A DNA stretch of 64,000 nt, from assembly GCA_963823035.1 (NCBI GenBank), contig CAWGKG010000018.1:512001-576000 (forward strand), in the 5' to 3' direction. Positions within the stretch are counted from its first letter, which is position 1. Each line of letters begins with the position of its first letter. Source of the DNA: an uncultured Gemmatimonadales bacterium. GTDB lineage: Bacteria > Gemmatimonadota > Gemmatimonadetes > Longimicrobiales > Gaopeijiaceae. Positions 23,580 to 35,331 of the stretch are shown here, piece after piece. The position numbers were made by a program, and so were the translations under genes. The notes beneath the pieces are model-generated. The model saw only the letters and a list, made by a program, of their open reading frames with translations, made no database searches and was not told the DNA's origin.

Positions 23580-24911
23580 ATGCCCCGTCGCACGCTCCTG
23601 CCTTTCGCCCTCCTCCTTCTGGCCGCCGCGCCGGTGGGCGCGCAGACGCGCGAGAACCCGCTGAGCGCCGACATCGACCGGCTCGTCGCCGAGGTCACGC
23701 CCGAGGTGGTCGCCTGGCGGCGGGACATCCACGAGCACCCCGAGCTGGGGAACCGGGAGTTCCGCACGGCCGCGCTCGTCGCGGACCACCTGCGCCGGCT
23801 CGGCATCGAGGTGCGCACGGAGGTCGCGCACACCGGCGTGGTCGGCGTGCTGCGAGGGGGGCGGCCCGGCCCTGTGGTGGCGCTGCGGGCGGACATGGAC
23901 GCCCTCCCCGTGACCGAGCGGGTCGACCTCCCCTTCGCGTCGAAGGTGCGCACGGAGTACAACGGCCAGGAAGTGGGCGTCATGCACGCCTGCGGTCACG
24001 ACAACCACGTCGCGATCCTCATGGGCGCCGCCGAGGTCCTGGCGTCCGTGAAGGACCGCCTCCCCGGCACGGTCGTCTTCCTCTTCCAGCCGGCCGAGGA
24101 GGGCGCGCCCGCGGGCGAGGAGGGGGGCGCGGGCCTCATGATCGAGGAGGGCGCGCTCTCCGACCCCGCGCCGGAGGCGATCTTCGGGCTCCACGTATGG
24201 CCGACGGAGGTGGGCTCGCTCACCTACCGGGCGGGTGGCGCCATGGCAGCCGCGGCCGGGCTCTACATCAAGATCGTCGGGCAGCAGACGCACGGCGCGC
24301 TCCCGTGGGGCGGCGTCGACCCGGTGGTGGTGGCCTCGCAGGTCGTGCTCGGGCTGCAGACCATCGTCTCCCGCCAGACCGACATCACGAAGGCGCCGGC
24401 GGTCGTGACGGTCGCCAGCATCCACGGTGGCGTGCGGGGCAACATCATCCCCGACTCCGTCGTGATGGTCGGCACGGTCCGTACCTTCGACGAGGCGATG
24501 CGCGACGACATCTACGACCGCATCCGGCGCACCGCCGAGCAGATCGCCGCCAGCGCGGGCGCCGAGGCGGTCGTGCGCATCAGCGGGGGCGGCGCGGTGA
24601 CGTACAACGACCCCGACCTGACGCGCTGGGCCGTGCCGACGCTCGAGCGCGCCGCGGGTGCGGAGGCGGTCGCGGAAGGACCGCCGATCACGGGCGCCGA
24701 GGACTTCGCCCTCTACGAGAAGCAGATCCCCGGCGTCTTCTTCTTCCTCGGCGGCGTGCCCGCGGGTCGCACGCCCTACCCCAACCACTCCCCGCTCTTC
24801 TTCGTGGACGAGGGCGCGCTGCCGGTGGGGGTGAAGGCGATGGCCGGGCTGGCCGCGGATTACCTCTTCGACCACGCACGCGGCGTGAGCGAGGACGGGC
24901 CGCAGGGCTGA
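23580..24911 (+). CDS. Exported M20D amidohydrolase
   Basis: Signal peptide, RRDIHEHPELG, RADMDALP, MHACGHD, FQPAEE, GAEDF, NHSP. Confidence 0.93.
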   Translation: MPRRTLLPFALLLLAAAPVGAQTRENPLSADIDRLVAEVTPEVVAWRRDIHEHPELGNREFRTAALVADHLRRLGIEVRTEVAHTGVVGVLRGGRPGPVVALRADMDALPVTERVDLPFASKVRTEYNGQEVGVMHACGHDNHVAILMGAAEVLASVKDRLPGTVVFLFQPAEEGAPAGEEGGAGLMIEEGALSDPAPEAIFGLHVWPTEVGSLTYRAGGAMAAAAGLYIKIVGQQTHGALPWGGVDPVVVASQVVLGLQTIVSRQTDITKAPAVVTVASIHGGVRGNIIPDSVVMVGTVRTFDEAMRDDIYDRIRRTAEQIAASAGAEAVVRISGGGAVTYNDPDLTRWAVPTLERAAGAEAVAEGPPITGAEDFALYEKQIPGVFFFLGGVPAGRTPYPNHSPLFFVDEGALPVGVKAMAGLAADYLFDHARGVSEDGPQG

Positions 24912-24966
24912 GCGGAAGGAAGCCGGGCGCGCCGACCCGTTTGGGGGGGCCGGCGCGCGGGCGGCG

Positions 24967-25818
24967 TCAGGCCGCGCCGGCCCCTTCCTCCTGCTCGCGC
25001 GCCAGGAGCGCCATCTTCCGCTCCCGGCCCCAGCGGTAGCCGCCAAGCGCGCCTGTCGACAGGACCACGCGGTGGCACGGGATCGCGACCGCCACGGGGT
25101 TCGCGCCCACCGCGCGGCCCACGGCCCGCGCCGAGCCGGGCACGCCGAGGTGCGCGGCCAGCGCCCCGTAGGTCACCACCTGCCCCGCCGGCACCGTGAG
25201 GAGCGCCTCCCACACACGGATCTGGAAGTTGGTCCCGCGAAGGTGGAGCGAGAGCGGGCCGTTTCCGCCGCCCTCGAAGATGCGTCGCACGAGCGCCCCG
25301 GTGCGCGCCGCGTCGGCACGCAGGCGAGCCTCCGGCCAGCGGTCGCGCACCCGCGCCTCCGCCTCGGCGTGGGTCGCCTCTTCCAGGAAGGCCAGCACCG
25401 CGATCCCCCGTGCGGTGGTCGCGAGCGCGCACGGTCCGAGCGGCGTGTCGTGGACGCCCCACGCGAGCTCGACGCCCTCGCCGCCGGCGCGCACCTCCGC
25501 GGGCGTCATCGCGTGCACGTTCACCATCAGGTCGTGCAGTCGGCTCGGGCCGGAGAGGCCCGTGGCCCAGGAGGTCTCCAGGAGGGCGCCCCCGTCCTCG
25601 AGGAGGCGGCGTGCGTGCTCCGCCGTCACGAACTGGAGGAAGCGCTTGGGGCTCACGCCCACCGCACCGCGGAAGACCCGCTGCAGGTGGAACGGGCTCA
25701 TGCCCACGTGCGCCGACAGCTCGGCGAGGGTGGGCTGCTCGGTCCGGTGCTCGTCCAGGAAGCGGATGGCCTTCTCCATCCGGCGGTACGTCGGGATGTC
25801 CAGCGCGGCGTCGGTCAC
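24967..25818 (-). CDS. AraC-HTH / methylated-DNA-[protein]-cysteine S-methyltransferase (Ada/Ogt-like)
   Basis: MSPFHLQRVF HTH, SGPSRLHD, GTNFQIRVW, active site IPCHRV, GGYRWG. Confidence 0.93.
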   Translation of the reverse strand: MTDAALDIPTYRRMEKAIRFLDEHRTEQPTLAELSAHVGMSPFHLQRVFRGAVGVSPKRFLQFVTAEHARRLLEDGGALLETSWATGLSGPSRLHDLMVNVHAMTPAEVRAGGEGVELAWGVHDTPLGPCALATTARGIAVLAFLEEATHAEAEARVRDRWPEARLRADAARTGALVRRIFEGGGNGPLSLHLRGTNFQIRVWEALLTVPAGQVVTYGALAAHLGVPGSARAVGRAVGANPVAVAIPCHRVVLSTGALGGYRWGRERKMALLAREQEEGAGAA

Positions 25819-25954
25819 GTCTCCCTCCCTCGGCTCGGGTCACGCGAGGATGATCGCCGCGCGCCGGATGGCGCTCAACCCGATTCTTGCGCGGCACGCG
25901 ACGGGCAGGGGGTTCCGGCCCCGCGTCCACGGTTGTATTTTCAGATTCGCATTT

Positions 25955-26902
25955 ATGGATACGACTGCCCCGCCTCCGATCCTCGAGCATCTCCTCGCCC
26001 TCGGCGACGAGACGCGTACGCGCATCCTCCTCCTCCTGGAGCGGAGCGAGTTCACCGTCACCGAGCTGTGCGCGGTGCTCCAGATCCCGCAACCGACGGT
26101 GAGCCGGCAGCTGCGCACGCTCGCCCAGGACGGGTGGGTGAACGCGCGCGCCGAGGGGCGCAACCGCCACTACCGGCTGTCGGCCTCGCTGTCGCCGCCG
26201 TCGCGGGAGCTGTGGCGTCTCGTCCGTGACGGGCTCGGGCCCGAGGGGGTGTACGCCGCCGACGCCGAGCGCGCGCGCCAGGTCCTGGCCGAGCGCAGGC
26301 GGCGCTCCGCGGAGTTCTTCGCCGCCTCCGCCGAGCGATGGGACCACCTGCGTCGCGATCTGTTCGGCCACGGGGCGGAGCTGCTCCCGTTCTTCGGGCT
26401 CCTCGACCCGAACTGGACCGTGGGCGACCTCGGGACCGGGACGGGAGAGCTCGCCGCCACGCTCGCGCCCTTCGTCGCGCGCGTCGTCGGGATCGACCGC
26501 TCGGAAGCCATGCTGGAGGCGGCCGCCCGCAGGCTCGAAGGCTCCGCCAACGTGGAGCTCCGCCGTGGCGACCTGGAGGCGCTCCCCGTGGCGGACGGCG
26601 AGCTGGACGTCGCCGTGCTGTCGCTCGTGCTGCACTACGTGGTCGATCCGGCAGACGTGCTGCGCGACACCCACCGCGCCCTGGCCCCCGGTGGGCGCCT
26701 GGTCGTGGTGGAGATGCGGGCCCACGACCGCGGCGCGGAGTTCGCCGAGCAGATGGGCCACGTCTGGCCCGGATTCGACCCGCGCGAGATGGAACGCTGG
26801 ATCGCCGACGCCGGATTCGGACACGTGCACGCGCGGCTCCTCCCTCCCGATCCGGAGGCGCTGGGTCCGCTGCTCTTCCTCGCGACGGGGATCCGCACAT
26901 GA
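25955..26902 (+). CDS. sahR: ArsR-HTH/methyltransferase fusion regulator (SahR-like SAM-cycle regulator)
   Basis: ArsR motif LGDETRTRILLLL...PQPTVSRQL plus SAM motif GDLGTGTG and LVLHY. Directly upstream of ahcY, the known SahR context. Confidence 0.8.
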   Translation: MDTTAPPPILEHLLALGDETRTRILLLLERSEFTVTELCAVLQIPQPTVSRQLRTLAQDGWVNARAEGRNRHYRLSASLSPPSRELWRLVRDGLGPEGVYAADAERARQVLAERRRRSAEFFAASAERWDHLRRDLFGHGAELLPFFGLLDPNWTVGDLGTGTGELAATLAPFVARVVGIDRSEAMLEAAARRLEGSANVELRRGDLEALPVADGELDVAVLSLVLHYVVDPADVLRDTHRALAPGGRLVVVEMRAHDRGAEFAEQMGHVWPGFDPREMERWIADAGFGHVHARLLPPDPEALGPLLFLATGIRT

Positions 26903-26951
26903 GATCCCACCTTCATACGACCCTCCACCCATCGACCGACCGAGAGGCATC

Positions 26952-28437
<1,486 letters not shown>

Positions 28438-28472
28438 CCCGGCGGCTCGACCGCCGATCGGGCCGGAACGCG

Positions 28473-28514
28473 GAAGCCGCCCGCGCGGACGCTCAGGTCC
28501 GCGCGGGCGGCTTC
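28473..28514. terminator. 18-bp perfect hairpin between convergent genes
   Basis: GAAGCCGCCCGCGCGGAC-gctcag-GTCCGCGCGGGCGGCTTC. Confidence 0.75.
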
Positions 28515-28539
28515 GTCGGGCGGGCTTCCCCGCGGGTCG

Positions 28540-29301
28540 CTACCCCGCGATCAGGAGCCGGATCGCGAAGACCACGATGGTGACGGTCACCACGTTGCGC
28601 ACCCACCCGTGTCCCTTGAGCACCTGGAGGCGCACGCCCGCGAGGCCACCGATCAGGTTGCCGGCCGCCAGCGACAGGCCCATCGCCCAGTCCACCTTGC
28701 CGCTCCACGCGAAGAGAGCGAGCGCGAGCGGCGTGAAGCACATCACCAACGTGACCTTCACCGCGTTGCCGCGCACGAGGTCCAGCCCGCCGGCCGACGT
28801 CACCGCCAGGATCACGAAGCCGATCCCGGCCTGCAGGAAGCCACCGTAGAAGCCCACCAGGAAGAACACGCCCGCGAAGGCCCACCGCCGCACCCCCGCG
28901 GGCGGACCGACCGCCTCACCGCCCGTCGCCGAGGGCGTCGGGCGCCACACCGTCCAGGCCGCCACGACCACCAGGACGATCGCGAGGATGCGCTGGAACG
29001 CGACGTCGCCGATGCGTACGGCCACGAGCGTGCCCAGCACCGCTCCGACCAGCGCCGGCGGCACGGCCAGCCAGAGCCACGCCACCGTGGTCAGGCGCCT
29101 GCGGTGGAAGCTCCACGACGCGCCCACGTTCTGGATCAGGATCGCGACGCGGTTCGTGCCGTTGGCCACCGTCGGCGGGAGGCCGAGGAAGATCATCACC
29201 GGGAGCGTGAGCATGGAGCCGCCCCCCGCGATGACGTTGAGCGTGCCGGCCACCAGGCCGACCGCGAAGAGGAGGAGCGCGCTCAGGATGGGGTTGTGCA
29301 C
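28540..29301 (-). CDS. TauE/SafE (TSUP) family permease
   Basis: AGGGSMLTLP, ANGTNR, GFYGGFLQAGIG; about 8 TM segments. Confidence 0.92.
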   Translation of the reverse strand: MHNPILSALLLFAVGLVAGTLNVIAGGGSMLTLPVMIFLGLPPTVANGTNRVAILIQNVGASWSFHRRRLTTVAWLWLAVPPALVGAVLGTLVAVRIGDVAFQRILAIVLVVVAAWTVWRPTPSATGGEAVGPPAGVRRWAFAGVFFLVGFYGGFLQAGIGFVILAVTSAGGLDLVRGNAVKVTLVMCFTPLALALFAWSGKVDWAMGLSLAAGNLIGGLAGVRLQVLKGHGWVRNVVTVTIVVFAIRLLIAG

Positions 29302-29324
29302 GGTGCGCGAAGTGGAGGTGACGA

Positions 29325-29352
29325 GGCCCCCCGCCCTGTCGAGCGGGGGGCC
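29325..29352 (-). terminator. Hairpin downstream of the TonB-dependent receptor
   Basis: GGCCCCCCGC-N8-GCGGGGGGCC. Confidence 0.55.
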
Positions 29353-29392
29353 CGTCCCAAGGTGACGCCGCGCGGGCGTCGTGGCTACCCGA

Positions 29393-32176
29393 TCAGAAGA
29401 TGACCTGGAAGCCGAGGTTGAACGTGCGCGGCAGCCCGAGGTAGACCTCGGCGGACATCGCGTCGTGGCCGCGATCGGCCGCGCACGACCTGCCGTCGTT
29501 GTCCGCGCAGTTGAAGTAGCCGTTGAAGCTCGAGTTGTCGGTGGCGTCCTGGATGTAGAGGTTGTCGAAGAGGTTCAGGACGCTTCCGAAGAGCCGGACG
29601 TCTCCGCCCCGCCACGCCGGGATCAGATCGTTGATCCGGTACGAGGCGTGCAGGTCGAAGATCGAGTAGCTGGGCGTCTTCCACGACTGCTGCCCATCCC
29701 CCGCCACCGTCCTGCCGAAGGGATCGAACTGCGCGTAGTAGTTGAAGTTGCTCCGACCCTGGAGCTGGAGGTAGAGCCCCTCCACCGGGTAGAGCGACGC
29801 CGCGTAGGCGAACTGCGTCTGCGGCTGGTCGGAGACCTTCAGGTCCTTGATGTAGAAGGCGTAGTCGGTCGACGTCTGCCGGTCGCCCGCCACGGCGCGG
29901 CCGGTCGCGTCGTTCATGTACCACCAGTCGCCGAACGACGCCGCGACGTCGAAGCGGAGCAGGTCCAGCGGCTGGTAGGCACCCTGAAGCTCCAGGCCCA
30001 TGTGGCGCTCGTCCACGCCCAGGATGTTGGCCTGCAATTCGAGCTGCGGATCGTAGATCGTCTTCGTCTGATCCCGCCACGTCGTGTGGTACACGTTCAC
30101 GTCGAAGGACAGGCCGCGGTCCATCGAGCGGAAGCTGGCGCCCGCCTCGAACGAGAGGAACGTCTCGTTCTTCGGATTCTCGTTCAGGCGCCCGATCACG
30201 TCGTCGATCACGCCGTCGAGGATCGGCACCTTGGACACGTAGCCTGCGTTGCCGAAGATCGACCACTCGTTGTTGAGGTTCCGGTTGACGCCGCCCTTCA
30301 CCTGATAGCCGCCGATGTTGCCGCTCTCGAGCTTCAGCTCCCCGTTGGTGACGGGGTCCTGCTTGAAGTGGTCGGTGAAGTGGTAGGCGTTCTGCGCCCA
30401 GCCGAACATCCCGTAGAGGGAGCCGTCCTGGTTCGACCGCTCCAACTGCAGGTAGGCGCCGAGCCAGTCGACCTTGTTCGTGTTGTAGTAGTCGATCTTG
30501 TCGCCGAACGTCGCGTTGCGCGGGCCGGTGAAGGCGTTCCTCGAGTCCGTGTAGTACGCGCCTCCGAGGAGGTCACGCACGTCGCGGAAGTGGTCGATCG
30601 AGGCCTTGCGCCAGTCGATCCCGATCTCCGCCGTCACGTCCGACGCGAAGTCCTTCCGCAGCTTCGAGATCGTGCCGATCGTCCACTGGTTGTTGACCGA
30701 GCTGCGCAGGATGCCGGTGGAGCCCGTGGTGCTGGCCTGGTTGCGCGCGATGGTGGCGTCCCAGTTGGCGAAGCGCTGCGTGTACCCGTAGTCCCAGACG
30801 AGGGAGCCGATCGTGCCCGAGCCGCCGCCCCGACCGCCGGAGTAGTATCCCACCGTCGTCCACGACAGGCCGTTCCCGAAGTACGCGTAGTAGTTCAGGT
30901 TGGCTTGCGGCTTGTGGAAGTAGTTCTCGCGCTCGTTGAGGTAGTTGCTACCGTAGCGCTTGAACTCGCCCGTCTTGGGTCCCGTGCTCGAGTACTGCAG
31001 CCCCGAGTACGACGCGCTCACGGGCGCGACGTTCGGGCTCCAGAAGCGCCCTGCCTCCGGGAACTTGTCGAGCGCCGCCTGGCTGAATCCCAGCTCGCTC
31101 GCGTACTGGTGGCTCATCGTCGCCACGTTCAGCTTGTACAGGTTCTGGCCGTGCGCCTGTGGGGCGCCCACCGCGTAGAACTCGATGCGGTTCTTGCTGT
31201 TGATCTGGTAGGCGGCGGCCAGGTAGTAGGACCACGCGTCCGTGTAGGTGGCCAGACCGAAGTCCGTGCTCGACGTGCGCTCGGTGCCCGTGTAGCCCCA
31301 CAGGCCGTCGCCGGTCTTGCGTGCCACCGAAGCCGTGAGCGCGAAGCCGTCGTGCTCGCCCGTGTTGAGCGTGAAGGTCTCCTTCAGGAAGCTCCCCGAC
31401 CCGAACTCCTGCTTGTAGGAGAGGCCCGGCGCCTGCGCGGAGGGATCCGTGATGATGTTCATCGTCCCGCCGATGGACGGCGTCGCGAGGTTCACCGCGG
31501 AGAGACCCCGCTGCAGCTGGATGGACGTGGCCGCGTCGCCGAGCCCGTCCCAGTTGGACCAGTAGACCCACCCGTTCTCCATGTCGTTCACGGGCACGCC
31601 GTTGACCATCACGGCGGTGTTGCGCTGGCTGAACCCGCGCACGTTGATGCGCGCATCACCGGCGCCGCCGCCCTGCATCGTCGCGTACACGCTGGGCGTG
31701 ACGTTGAGGACCATGGGGAGGTCCTGCGAGGCGAGCTGGTTCTGGATCTGGACCTTCGGCACGTTCGAGTACGCGACCGGCGTCTTGCGCTCGACGGCGC
31801 GCGTGGCGAACACCTCGATGGCGTCGATCGCGACCGCTTCCTGCGACAGCCGGAAGTCGATCGTGCGGGTCTGGCCGCTCGTGAGCGTGACGTCCTCCAC
31901 GACCTGGACGCCGTAGCCGATCATCCGGGCCTCGACGCGGTACGGGCCACCTGCGCGCAGCCCCATGACCGCATAGCGGCCGTCGGGCTGGCTCAGGGCG
32001 CCGTTCTGGCTCCCCGAGTTCTGATTCGTCACCACGACCTGGACCCCGGAGAGCGCCGCCCCGTTCTCGTCCAACACGCGCCCGTTCAGGGTCGCGGTGG
32101 ACTGGGCAGCGAGATCTCCCGTCACGGCCAGGGCTGCGGCAACGGCCAACCATCGTACACCGTTGCTGAGTCGCAT
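29393..32176 (-). CDS. TonB-dependent outer membrane receptor with N-terminal carboxypeptidase-regulatory-like domain
   Basis: Signal peptide MRLSNGVRWLAVAAALA, plug motifs INVRGF..NGVPVNDMENG..GGTMNIIT, beta-barrel pattern, C-terminal PRTFNLGFQVIF. GGAGG RBS before ATG 32176. Confidence 0.93.
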   Translation of the reverse strand: MRLSNGVRWLAVAAALAVTGDLAAQSTATLNGRVLDENGAALSGVQVVVTNQNSGSQNGALSQPDGRYAVMGLRAGGPYRVEARMIGYGVQVVEDVTLTSGQTRTIDFRLSQEAVAIDAIEVFATRAVERKTPVAYSNVPKVQIQNQLASQDLPMVLNVTPSVYATMQGGGAGDARINVRGFSQRNTAVMVNGVPVNDMENGWVYWSNWDGLGDAATSIQLQRGLSAVNLATPSIGGTMNIITDPSAQAPGLSYKQEFGSGSFLKETFTLNTGEHDGFALTASVARKTGDGLWGYTGTERTSSTDFGLATYTDAWSYYLAAAYQINSKNRIEFYAVGAPQAHGQNLYKLNVATMSHQYASELGFSQAALDKFPEAGRFWSPNVAPVSASYSGLQYSSTGPKTGEFKRYGSNYLNERENYFHKPQANLNYYAYFGNGLSWTTVGYYSGGRGGGSGTIGSLVWDYGYTQRFANWDATIARNQASTTGSTGILRSSVNNQWTIGTISKLRKDFASDVTAEIGIDWRKASIDHFRDVRDLLGGAYYTDSRNAFTGPRNATFGDKIDYYNTNKVDWLGAYLQLERSNQDGSLYGMFGWAQNAYHFTDHFKQDPVTNGELKLESGNIGGYQVKGGVNRNLNNEWSIFGNAGYVSKVPILDGVIDDVIGRLNENPKNETFLSFEAGASFRSMDRGLSFDVNVYHTTWRDQTKTIYDPQLELQANILGVDERHMGLELQGAYQPLDLLRFDVAASFGDWWYMNDATGRAVAGDRQTSTDYAFYIKDLKVSDQPQTQFAYAASLYPVEGLYLQLQGRSNFNYYAQFDPFGRTVAGDGQQSWKTPSYSIFDLHASYRINDLIPAWRGGDVRLFGSVLNLFDNLYIQDATDNSSFNGYFNCADNDGRSCAADRGHDAMSAEVYLGLPRTFNLGFQVIF

Positions 32177-32401
32177 GGATGGTCCTCCAAGAGTGATTCG
32201 GCGGGATGAAACGACCCCGGGGGAGCCCCCCTGGAATCGTGGGTTCAAGTCTAGCCTGCGCCGGACGAATGGAAAGCGATCTTCCGGGCACGAACGCGTA
32301 ACTGGCCACGGCCTTGTAGGGGATTCCCCGACTTCCACCGCGGAGTCCGCATCGGAGGCGTTGTGCTGCACGCCTTTTGGCGGACCGCCGCCGTGGCGAG
32401 G

Positions 32402-32432
32402 AACATCTGTGTACGATGTTGTCTGAGCAACA
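32402..32432. promoter_or_regulatory. Overlapping palindromes, possible operator(s)
   Basis: AACATC-N7-GATGTT (32402-32420) and TGTTG-N6-CAACA (32417-32432) in the divergent intergenic region. Confidence 0.35.
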
Positions 32433-32666
32433 CTTCGGCCCGTTGCGACGACGCCGCGGTTTCAAGCCCCACGAACCCGACCGGTGGAGGTAACCGCCGG
32501 CGTCCCGAAGCCGGGCTGCAACCAACCGGGCGCTCGCACCGTCGAAGGAGTCACGGGAGGCCGGGCGAGCGGGCCTCCCGCCACCCTGCAACTTCCCGCC
32601 CGTCGGGTCCGTAGGGTGGACGTGAGTGCCGAAAACGGCGAGCAGAACCTCAACCCACCGTCGACC

Positions 32667-32978
32667 ATGTCGCCGAAGAAGACCATCCTCCGTGAGCTGA
32701 CCCGGACCCACGAGAACAGCGGCGGCGCGGGACACGCGCGGCCCGCGAGCATTCCCGGCTTCTCGCAGCAGCCCGAAAAGTACCAGAAGGCGGTGAACGA
32801 GCTCCTGCAGGCGCGCCTCATCGAGGGCCGCAAGGACGAGGCCGGGCACATGACGATCGCCGTCAACGCCCACCGCCTCCCCGACGTGCGCCGTGAGTTG
32901 CGCCCTGTATGGAGCCATCCGGCCGTCTGGTCGGTGGTACTGCTGGCTGCGGTGATGGGCGTCGTCTTCATGATGTAG
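32667..32978 (+). CDS. Small hypothetical protein with C-terminal TM helix
   Basis: MSPKKTILRELTR...YQKAVNELLQARLIEG...AVWSVVLLAAVMGVVFMM; coding-like codon usage. Confidence 0.65.
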   Translation: MSPKKTILRELTRTHENSGGAGHARPASIPGFSQQPEKYQKAVNELLQARLIEGRKDEAGHMTIAVNAHRLPDVRRELRPVWSHPAVWSVVLLAAVMGVVFMM

Positions 32979-32988
32979 GGCGGGGCTG

Positions 32989-33390
32989 CTAGCCCGTGGG
33001 CGTCTCCCCTCTGCGCATCTCGAAGGCGCGCACGATCACGTACGCCAACAGGGCGAAGACGAAGAAGACCAGCAGCATCCAGGTGATCGCGCCCAGGCTG
33101 CCGATGGCCGTCGAGTAGACCTCCATGAGCCACCGCTCGCGCGTCAGATCCAGCACCTGCCCCTCCGGCTCCGAAGGCGACAGGTACCGGTCGATGCGGC
33201 GCACGTCCACGCCGCCGGCGAGGCCCACGACGTACATCGCGAAGACCAGATACCGCACCCAGGCCCCACTGATGCGATCCGGTACGATGCGCTCCATGAT
33301 CCGGCGAAGCGGCCGGGTGAAGAGGAGCGCCGCGAGCGTGCTCACCGCCAGGCAGATGAGCAGCGTGACCCCGAGCAGGCCGATGATCAT
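32989..33390 (-). CDS. Hypothetical 3-TM membrane protein
   Basis: Three hydrophobic segments, GGAGG RBS. Confidence 0.8.
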   Translation of the reverse strand: MIIGLLGVTLLICLAVSTLAALLFTRPLRRIMERIVPDRISGAWVRYLVFAMYVVGLAGGVDVRRIDRYLSPSEPEGQVLDLTRERWLMEVYSTAIGSLGAITWMLLVFFVFALLAYVIVRAFEMRRGETPTG

Positions 33391-33534
33391 GACCGCCTCC
33401 CGTGGTGGAAGACGCCGGTCCGCGCGTTGCGCACCGGCCGACCCGCCAGCGCCGAATCATGCCGCCGCGCGGACCCCCCGGCAATGCGCGTCGGTCGACT
33501 CCCGGCGGCCGGCCAGGCCGCACCTAGGGCGCTC

Positions 33535-34051
33535 CTACCGGAGGACGTCGCGGAGGGCCGCCTGCCAGACCTCCCGCAGGTCCGCATAGCGCCAACGCGC
33601 GTTCGCCGCGCTCGTCGAGGGGAGCGCGACGATCTCCACCCTCGTCCGGACGCCTACCTGGAGGGAGGGTCCGACGTGCTCGTGGAAGGCGCGCTCGGCG
33701 GTTCGCCCGTTCAACAGGACGCGGCGGATGGAGCCGTGGTCCTCGAGGAACCCGGCCAGCTCGTTGGGGATCTCGGTATCGCGCTCGATCGCGGCGTCGA
33801 GGCTGCCGACCCGGAGGCAGTGCTTCAGCACGTCCCAGAGGGCGACGCCGCGGTCGGCCAGGGCCGCGGCGCGCGCGTCCCAGGGCGCATCGGGCGGAAG
33901 GCCCACGATGTCCGACATCAGCCGCCAGAAGCGGTTGGAGGGCTGCGCGTAGTATCGCCCCTCACGAAGGGAGCGCTCGCTCGGCATCGAGCCGAGGATC
34001 AGCACGGTCGGCTCGTCTCCCACCAGCGGGTGCGAACCCCGTCAGGAGCAT
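33535..34051 (-). CDS. DNA-deoxyinosine glycosylase (uracil-DNA glycosylase superfamily, family 6-like), frameshift near 34027
   Basis: VLILGSMP..SL...YYAQPSNRFW, ALWDVL, GSLDAAI, LLNGRTA, LPSTSAAN. ATG 34051 (MLLTGFAP) is in another frame. Confidence 0.88.
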
Positions 34052-34074
34052 GCCGGCTCCCGGCCTCCGCCCGC

Positions 34075-35131
34075 CTACGGCTCCGCCCCCGCGTCCGGGG
34101 CGGGCCCCTTCCCCTCGTCGCGATAGCGGGAGAGCAGCTCCTCGAGACGGCCGATGGCCGTGCCGGCACCGTGCATCTCCTCGAGCCACTGCCGGTGTTC
34201 GAGGGAAAGCTGCTCGTGCACCGCCTGCACGAACTCCGCCATGACCTCGGCGTGGCCGCCGGCCACCGCCATGCGCACCTCGTCGAGCCGCTCGTAGATG
34301 CGGTCGAGCGCGAGTCGTGTGCGGCCGTAGCGCTCCGCGTTCCGCCGGTTCTGCGCGGTCGCCTCCTCGTTCGCGACCATGGCTCCCCACGCCTGCCCCA
34401 CGAGCCCCACGGCGGCGAGCGAGGTCCACGCCGGATTCACCATCCCGATGCCCGCCAGCCCCGTGGCCATGCTCCCCCCCGCCACGCCCAGCGTGCTCCG
34501 GCCCAGGGCACGGTCCGCGGCACGGCGGTGATCGCCTGCGCGCCCGCCGTAGTACGCCCGCTGCACGTCCAGCTGGTAGCGGCGGAAGTACTCCAGCAAG
34601 AGGTTCGGGTCCGCGGCGCCGCCACGTTCCGTCACGATGTCGAAGTATCGGAAGCGCGCGGTCTCCGCCTCGGCGCGGGCCGTCATCCAGCGCTCGAGCA
34701 GCTGGCCCTGCTTGACGCGTTGGATCCACATCGTGGCCAGCCCCCCGGCGACGACCGCCCCCACGGCGGCCGCGAGGATGAGCCATCTGCCGACCGTGGG
34801 CGCCGTGCCGCTCAAGCTCCCTCCGACCAGCAGGAGCGCGGAAGCGATCCCCGCCCAGGAAGACGGCGGATCGAGCCCGCGACGAGATCGTGTTGAAGGA
34901 GCGCTGGTCCTCGATGGCGCGCGCGTTGCGCGCCTCGAAGCGCTCGGCGACGACCACCACCGCGGAGCTTCGAAGCACGGCGGCCAGGTCGGGGGCCGCG
35001 TCGCCGTAGCGCTGCGCGTGCGCGGTGGGGGTGATCACCCAGTCCTGCGCCTCGGCGGAGCCGATGACTTGGATGGCCTCTTGAATCGCCGCCTCCCGCG
35101 AGGGTGCGGCGCGGTCGCCGGGGTCGGGCAT
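34075..35131 (-). CDS. Tandem SLATT/DUF4231-like membrane protein (two 2-TM units), frameshift near 34850
   Basis: Two pairs of TM helices; WMTARAEAETAR, YFRRYQLDVQRAYY, AERYGRT, FVQAVHEQLSLEHRQW. GAGGAG RBS before ATG 35131. Confidence 0.65.
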
Positions 35132-35331
35132 TCGGCTCCTCACGATTCGTGGATCGCGTCGCGGGCATCATCGTGGGCCTCCTGCCGATGGAGCAAGGGG
35201 GAGGGCCACCCGGGTGCCTCCCGGCGCGCCTCCGATCGGTCGCCGGCGTCCCGTGTTGAAGTGGCTCGCCTTGTCCGCCTCCATGTCGGCGCGCGAGGAG
35301 GGGTACGCCGCCTTGCAGAACTATGTAAACA

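Noticed and set aside
29381..32209. Very long antisense or off-frame ORFs (e.g. 29381..32209 +, 55989..59315 +, 54208..57723 -, 35650..38451 -)
   Set aside because: Shadow ORFs caused by high GC and codon bias on or opposite real genes; Arg/Pro/Gly-rich with no motifs.
32239..32255. GTGGGTTCAAGTC, resembling a tRNA T-loop
   Set aside because: The T-stem does not pair and no cloverleaf can be drawn.
32177..32480. Possible cobalamin or TPP riboswitch before the TonB receptor
   Set aside because: No B12-box or TPP consensus seen by eye; an Rfam scan would settle it.
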